Origin: Candidatus Gottesmanbacteria bacterium
Lineage (GTDB): Bacteria; Patescibacteriota; Microgenomatia; UBA10105; UBA927
Length of the DNA stretch: 64,000 bases
NCBI GenBank assembly: GCA_963809665.1
Contig: CAWEKC010000001.1
Span: forward strand, 158,219-222,218
Direction: 5' to 3'
How positions within the stretch are numbered: the first letter of the stretch is position 1; each line of letters starts with the position of its first letter. Position numbers and translations under genes: made by a program. The notes under the pieces are model-generated. The model was given only the letters and a program-made list of their open reading frames with translations, ran no database searches and was not told the DNA's origin. Shown here piece by piece: positions 58,998-64,000 of this stretch.

Positions 58998-60362
58998 TTG
59001 TTTCCGCCCTCGCACTGCTTGTATTTTTGCCGCTTATGCTCCTGGCGGTACAAAACATCGCAATACTTATCACCCAGGCCACCGGAACTCCCGCCTGCAA
59101 TCATTGTTGACACCAAAGCGGTTCTGGAACCTGTTAACACCGGCTTTTATCATGCATTTGCCCAGGGGGGCGAAGAAGCCAAAGACATGCTTGCGCCGGT
59201 CGCGGCAGATATCCGTGGGCTTCGGCCAAAAGTCATACGGATCGATCATCTGTATGATCTTTATAATGTGGTCGGGCGCAGCGGCAGTGGTTTGACATTT
59301 GATTGGACAAGACTGGATGCCGCGGTCAACACGATACTCTCAACCGGCGCTAAACCGCTCCTGGTTCTTTCGTATATGCCGTCTGTTATTGCCAAAGACG
59401 GCAGTATCATTAACCCTCCCAATGACTGGAGCGAGTGGGCGCTGGTTGTCCAGAAAACAATTGAACATTACAGCGGACGCAGTGAAAAAAATATCAGCGG
59501 CATCTACTATGAAGTCTGGAATGAGCCGGATCTTGCGCAATTCGGCGGATGGAAATACTACGGAAATAAAAATTATCTCACGCTGTACCACTGGGCATCG
59601 GTCGGCGCCAATAATGCGCAAAACGTCACGACATTTTATCTCGGTGGTCCTGCGACAGCCGGACTTTATAAGGAATGGATCACTTCATTGGTGACAAGCG
59701 GCAACCGGGTAAATTTCCTTAGCTGGCACACCTATCAGGCCGACCCCAAGATATACGATAAAAACCAGCGTGATGTGATCTCCTGGTTATTGCCGTACCC
59801 GAACTACACTCTGATTCCGCTTCTAATAACGGAATTCGGATTTACCGGAAGTAAAAGTGCGCTCTATGGCACGCAGTATGCGGCAGCGCATACGGCGGCG
59901 GTTATCCGGCAGCTTATTACCGGCGGACCTGCGTATCTTTTTTCGTTCCAGCCGGTTGACGGACCGAACCAAAAGGACGGCACAGGTTGGGGGCTTATTA
60001 CAAATTCTGATAATGGGTTGACGAAAAAACCCCGGTATTACGTTTATAATTTTATTGATGCCATGGCCGGCAGCCGGCTCGCGCTCTACGGCGAAGGCTC
60101 GTGGGTCACAGGGTTTGCCAGCAGTAATGCTACGGTAATCCGGACGTTTCTTGTTAATTTTGACCGTAACGGCTCCCACACGGAAAATGTTCCGGTGACC
60201 TGGAAAAACCTGGAACCCGGCTCCTATACATTGCGCAAACATTATCTGTTCGGCACGGACACGAAGACCACAGAGGTTGCCACTATGTCAGCCATGACGA
60301 AACAGATATTTATGACGGCTCAAAACGCGGTGATCCTTGAACTGACGAAGCAGTCTCCCTAA
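58998..60362 (+). CDS. glycoside hydrolase, clan GH-A (GH39/GH5-like); probable real start at ATG 58955 in another frame (signal peptide) with a frame disruption near 59090-59107
   Basis: YYEVWNEPDL (acid/base Glu) and LLITEFG (nucleophile Glu) motifs; a 51-codon signal-peptide-like ORF (MAFLTERTQPKTISIVSALALLVFLPLMLLAV...) precedes it in frame +2. Confidence 0.65.
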   Translation: MFPPSHCLYFCRLCSWRYKTSQYLSPRPPELPPAIIVDTKAVLEPVNTGFYHAFAQGGEEAKDMLAPVAADIRGLRPKVIRIDHLYDLYNVVGRSGSGLTFDWTRLDAAVNTILSTGAKPLLVLSYMPSVIAKDGSIINPPNDWSEWALVVQKTIEHYSGRSEKNISGIYYEVWNEPDLAQFGGWKYYGNKNYLTLYHWASVGANNAQNVTTFYLGGPATAGLYKEWITSLVTSGNRVNFLSWHTYQADPKIYDKNQRDVISWLLPYPNYTLIPLLITEFGFTGSKSALYGTQYAAAHTAAVIRQLITGGPAYLFSFQPVDGPNQKDGTGWGLITNSDNGLTKKPRYYVYNFIDAMAGSRLALYGEGSWVTGFASSNATVIRTFLVNFDRNGSHTENVPVTWKNLEPGSYTLRKHYLFGTDTKTTEVATMSAMTKQIFMTAQNAVILELTKQSP

Positions 60363-60365
60363 GTC

Positions 60366-62018
60366 TTACGACAACTTGTCCTGTATCCCTCCGTTTATCA
60401 CCTCATTAACCGGCTCAAGAAGCACTGCCTTCGGTCTGCGGACACGACGAATAAGTTCGATGAATGATTTTAATTCGCTGACATCAAACACCCATACTAG
60501 CAGTAGATAGGTCGCAAGACCCGCTCCTCCGGTAATTCCGGTAAGAAGAAGGAGTCCTACAGTCCGCGTGGTATCAAATACTAACTGATCAAATAATTTC
60601 AACGGAAAATATATAACCACGCCTGCTACCACTGCGGCGATAAGCATTTTTATTGCAGGAAGGAATAATTCCATTTTAGAAAACCCGCCGACTCTTTTAT
60701 CCAGTACAATATACAAAACCAGCGCATTTAAAATACTTGCAATCGACGTCGACAATCCCAGAGACCATACGGGCAATCCTATTATTTTTATAAAATAGAG
60801 ACTCAGGAACGTGTTTGTCAGAATTGAAATTATACTGACCGCCACAGGTGTTTTAGTATCATATAATGCATAAAATCCGCGAGCCAGAACATTCACTATC
60901 GATTGGGCAAAAATGGATATAGCAAACATGGATAATGTCATACCGGTTAACACCGTTGCCTCCCAATCAAACCGGGACGCACCGAATACCAGCCGGACGA
61001 CTGGAATGCGCAGTACTATAAATAAAGCCGATACGGGCAGCACGAAAAACAAAATCTGATGAATTGCAGACATCACGGATTTTTTGAACTCTCCCCTGTC
61101 TTCTTTGGCAGACGCGGCTGATAACGTGGGCAGTGCCGCCTGGGCTACACTCACACCAAACAGTCCGACAGGTAGTTGCTGTAACTGCTGGGCAAAATTA
61201 AAAACCGTGATCATCCGTGCACCCAGCAGTGATGCAAGCATGAGATCAACGGTACTGTCTATCTGTGAGACTGCAAGCCCCAGCGTCCGCGGACCGATAA
61301 GCTTCAGTACTTCTCGTACGCCTTTATTTTTATAATCAAACGCCAACCGGTGACGGTATCCTACCAAAATAACGAGCGGGACCTGAATAAGCATAAATAA
61401 TCCGGCCCCGATTCCCACCCCATACACCGGAGCCATCAACCCGACCGTCGGCGTCAGGGTGACAATCCCGATAATAATTCCGATATTGTAAACAACCGGC
61501 GCGATTGCGGGAACCAAAAACATGTTGTACGACTGTAAAATTCCGGTAAAAAAATTACCGATGAGCAGTGGCAACACCTGAAACATAATCATGAAACGCG
61601 TATACTCTGCCATACGCGCAACCTGTTCGGGAGAAAAACCGGGAGCTAGAAAGTGGGAAAGCTGATTAGTAAAAAGCAGGAGCGGAATAGCCAGTAAACA
61701 CAGGATAACCGTACTCATGTTGATAAGCGTTGCAGCGATCTCAAATCCTTCTTTTTCGTTACGTTCAGTAAGATACCTCGTAAATACGGGAATAAATGCG
61801 CTGGTGAGGGCACCCATAACCAATAACTCGAAAATGAGATTCGGGAGGCGGAATGCGGCAAAATACACGCCGAGCTCATCGGGCGCAAACCGGGCGTTCA
61901 AAAGCCGGTCCCGCACCAAACCGAGTACACGGGACGTAAACACCATTGAAATCAATATAAAAGCAGCCGATCCGATCGTCTGCTGTTTTTTGGAAAACAA
62001 CCCCCAGAAACGCTTCAT
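60366..62018 (-). CDS. murJ: lipid II flippase MurJ (MviN) with C-terminal extension (likely start MKRFWG)
   Basis: 14-TM MOP-superfamily protein with MurJ N-terminal motif (FTSRVLGLVRDRLLNARF). Confidence 0.85.
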   Translation of the reverse strand: MKRFWGLFSKKQQTIGSAAFILISMVFTSRVLGLVRDRLLNARFAPDELGVYFAAFRLPNLIFELLVMGALTSAFIPVFTRYLTERNEKEGFEIAATLINMSTVILCLLAIPLLLFTNQLSHFLAPGFSPEQVARMAEYTRFMIMFQVLPLLIGNFFTGILQSYNMFLVPAIAPVVYNIGIIIGIVTLTPTVGLMAPVYGVGIGAGLFMLIQVPLVILVGYRHRLAFDYKNKGVREVLKLIGPRTLGLAVSQIDSTVDLMLASLLGARMITVFNFAQQLQQLPVGLFGVSVAQAALPTLSAASAKEDRGEFKKSVMSAIHQILFFVLPVSALFIVLRIPVVRLVFGASRFDWEATVLTGMTLSMFAISIFAQSIVNVLARGFYALYDTKTPVAVSIISILTNTFLSLYFIKIIGLPVWSLGLSTSIASILNALVLYIVLDKRVGGFSKMELFLPAIKMLIAAVVAGVVIYFPLKLFDQLVFDTTRTVGLLLLTGITGGAGLATYLLLVWVFDVSELKSFIELIRRVRRPKAVLLEPVNEVINGGIQDKLS

Positions 62019-62053
62019 CCTGCCTATTATATCTATTATCTGCGGATTATGCA

Positions 62054-62082
62054 TTGTGCATTCGGGCTCGTTTTGCTATAAT
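62054..62082 (+). promoter_or_regulatory. rpsT promoter: TTGTGC-17-TGcTATAAT (extended -10) ending 7 nt before the ATG (near-leaderless)
   Basis: read from sequence. Confidence 0.35.
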
Positions 62083-62089
62083 TCTGCCT

Positions 62090-62329
62090 ATGCCGATTAC
62101 AAAACAAGCAGAAAAAAAATTGCGACACGACCATAAACGGGCCATTGAGATCAAACGTGTCCGATCCGGTCTCCAAAAATTGATTAAATCAATGCGCAAA
62201 CATCCGACACAAAAATCATTAACACAGGTGTTCTCCGCACTTGATAAAGCAGCTAAAACACACGTCATCCACAAGAACAAGGCAGCCAGACTTAAGGCTC
62301 GTCTTGCAAAACTACTTCCAAAGAAGTAA
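62090..62329 (+). CDS. rpsT: 30S ribosomal protein S20 (start MPITKQAEKK)
   Basis: basic helical protein with S20 N-terminal KQAEKKLRHDHKR. Confidence 0.85.
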   Translation: MPITKQAEKKLRHDHKRAIEIKRVRSGLQKLIKSMRKHPTQKSLTQVFSALDKAAKTHVIHKNKAARLKARLAKLLPKK

Positions 62330-62350
62330 CCGGCTTGCTATACTGGTTAC

Positions 62351-62905
62351 ATGACAGTTCCTTTACCTTCCGTTAACTTAATCGGTGAAGAAGAGATGGA
62401 GCATTCACCGGCCGGCAGAATCGTGACATGGGCCGTAACATACGGACGGTATATCATGATCGGTACGGAAATTATCGTACTGTTGGCATTTATATCCCGC
62501 TTCAGCCTGGACCGTAAACTTACGGACCTCAATGAAGAGGTGTCGCAAAAACAGGCAATCATTGATGCCAATCATGACTTTGAAACTGAATTCCGGACAC
62601 TTCAGGATAAACTTTCCAAAACGCAGACGCTCCTGAATGCCCCGTCGGTAACTAACAACGCGCTTTCGGTTATAGAGACAATGCTGCCTGTTGACACCCG
62701 TTTGAAAGCACTCACGATCTCACAGACGAGTGTCATCGGAGAAGTTGTAGCCAACACAACAACCGGATTTGCCCAGCTTGTTGCAAACCTCCAAGCGTCA
62801 CCTATCTTCAGTCAGGTGGAAATCGGAGATGTCAACCGGACCCCGACGACCGGCATACAATTTACGTTTACCGGAACCGTTGCAGGGGCCAAGAAAGATA
62901 ATTAA
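62351..62905 (+). CDS. pilN: type IV pilus assembly protein PilN-like
   Basis: short cytoplasmic N-terminus, one TM, periplasmic coiled-coil + domain; followed by pilO-like. Confidence 0.6.
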   Translation: MTVPLPSVNLIGEEEMEHSPAGRIVTWAVTYGRYIMIGTEIIVLLAFISRFSLDRKLTDLNEEVSQKQAIIDANHDFETEFRTLQDKLSKTQTLLNAPSVTNNALSVIETMLPVDTRLKALTISQTSVIGEVVANTTTGFAQLVANLQASPIFSQVEIGDVNRTPTTGIQFTFTGTVAGAKKDN

Positions 62906-62908
62906 CCT

Positions 62909-63580
62909 ATGGCATTCGACTATAAAGAAGAATACAAACGATATAAAAGGTATTACATGTCTCTGGAACCGGCATTCCAGAAACCCGCAACACGGGCTTA
63001 TACTGCAATTATTTTTTCATTCCTCGTTGTCTCTCTTTTCGGATGGTATGCGATCCGTCCGACCATGCAGACTATATTTACATTGAGGCGGGAAATTGTG
63101 GATAAAACCGACCTTAATAAAAAAATGGAGAATAAAATTTCAGCGCTTATTGAAGCACAGGCTGCATTTCAGGACATCGAACCGAAATTGCCTATTATAG
63201 ATCAGGCGCTTCCGCAGATGACAGATTCCATACGTGCAACCCGATATCTTTCGGCGCTCGCATCTGACTCGCGGGTTACGATCAAAGCTATAAATATTTC
63301 ATCCCTACCGCTTGCAGCTGACATGGGACCGGGGAAATCTGCGGCAACATCTTCTGATAAGCTCGCAAATTTCCCGATATCGCTATCAATAACAGGGGCA
63401 TACCAGGACATAAAAAGTTTTACCCAGGGAATATTGAATTTACGCCGGATCATGCAAATAAGTTCTATGATTTTTTCTCCCACATATGCAACAGAGCCTG
63501 CCGCATCGGGCAGCGCAACCACCACTGGTACCGCTGTTAAACTTGATCTAAAATTAAAATTGTTCTATTTATCGCTGTAA
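62909..63580 (+). CDS. pilO: type IV pilus assembly protein PilO-like
   Basis: N-terminal TM, coiled-coil, C-terminal domain; gene order after pilN-like. Confidence 0.55.
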   Translation: MAFDYKEEYKRYKRYYMSLEPAFQKPATRAYTAIIFSFLVVSLFGWYAIRPTMQTIFTLRREIVDKTDLNKKMENKISALIEAQAAFQDIEPKLPIIDQALPQMTDSIRATRYLSALASDSRVTIKAINISSLPLAADMGPGKSAATSSDKLANFPISLSITGAYQDIKSFTQGILNLRRIMQISSMIFSPTYATEPAASGSATTTGTAVKLDLKLKLFYLSL

Positions 63581-63582
63581 CA

Positions 63583-63798
63583 ATGAAAACGCCGTCGCTC
63601 TCACCGGGAAATGATAGGGATCTGCTTCTTATATCCGTATTCACCTTTTTTACCGTTACCCTCTGGGTATTTTTTGAAGTATTAAAAACTGTTAAAACTA
63701 CGACCGTTGCCCCTCAAACAATCCAAAGTGTCATTCCGTTGTCGCCAAAACTCGATTCCCAGGTTATTCAAATAATCGAAACAAAAAAACAGTATTAA
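63583..63798 (+). CDS. hypothetical small membrane protein
   Basis: 71 aa, one TM helix, 2-nt spacing from pilO-like. Confidence 0.35.
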   Translation: MKTPSLSPGNDRDLLLISVFTFFTVTLWVFFEVLKTVKTTTVAPQTIQSVIPLSPKLDSQVIQIIETKKQY

Positions 63799-63802
63799 TG
63801 GT

Positions 63803-64000
63803 ATGCGGTTCCCGAAAAAAATACCCACGCTTGTCGGAATACTCCTGACTATTTTTATTGTCGGTGGAATTGCAGCCGGATCCGAATCTTTAGTAAACAC
63901 TGTCACAACGGCATCCGGCTCTATTCAACCCGCAAAGGTTGAAATAACAAACATCTCCGATACGACGTTTACTGTGTCGTGGACAACGGAAAACCCTGCA
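63803..64000 (+). CDS. secreted/membrane-anchored FN3-domain protein, partial (runs off window)
   Basis: own translation from ATG 63803: MRFPKKIPTLVGILLTIFIVGGIAAG... then VEITNISDTTFTVSWTTENPA (FN3 start). Confidence 0.5.
   Translation, partial: MRFPKKIPTLVGILLTIFIVGGIAAGSESLVNTVTTASGSIQPAKVEITNISDTTFTVSWTTENPA

Overview
Gene content and architecture look like a small, highly compact bacterial genome of the Candidate Phyla Radiation / Patescibacteria type. The calls that point that way are tight gene packing with many 1-8 nt overlaps, rpsE running straight into rplO with no rpmD (L30), short IF-2, AlaRS and HrcA, Lys/Ala-rich tails on several r-proteins, and sortase, cohesin and type IV pilus parts.

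The main structure is one minus-strand super-operon: [DUF2130-like + Cas4-like nucleases] - consensus promoter - rpoB - rpoC - rpsL - rpsG - [5.6-kb non-ribosomal insertion] - fusA (frameshifted) - promoter - tuf - rpsJ - promoter + terminator-like leader - rplC-rplD-rplW-rplB-rpsS-rplV-rpsC-rplP-rpmC-rpsQ-rplN-rplX-rplE-rpsZ-rpsH-rplF-rplR-rpsE-rplO-secY-adk - partial P-loop kinase.

Other blocks, in window order:
- a GNAT (FemAB-like) gene
- mltG, a thymidine/AMP-phosphorylase-family gene, a sortase, and a large membrane protein with a degenerate FtsA-like actin domain
- alaS
- a HisC-like aminotransferase and a Tat-secreted glycoside hydrolase
- YtxH-like, DUF948-like and RodZ-like genes, then ftsK
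- rnj and a Lon-type AAA+ module lacking the protease domain
- pnp and rpsO
- a low-GC two-gene islet
- an NrnA-like DHH gene, infB and nusA
- the hrcA-grpE-dnaK-dnaJ operon with a CIRCE operator
- a cohesin-domain surface protein and a GH clan-A hydrolase with an apparent frameshift at the signal peptide
- murJ and rpsT
- pilN, pilO, and FN3-domain genes.

No rRNA, tRNA, CRISPR array or transposase was seen. Several sigma70-like promoters, leader hairpin/U-tract structures and extended -10 near-leaderless promoters can be read from the sequence.

The most system-like novelty is the translationally coupled pair of PD-(D/E)xK nucleases (Cas4-like Fe-S nuclease + Zn-ribbon/coiled-coil DUF2130-like) directly upstream of the rpoB promoter. 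The accessory block inserted between rpsG and fusA also merits attention.
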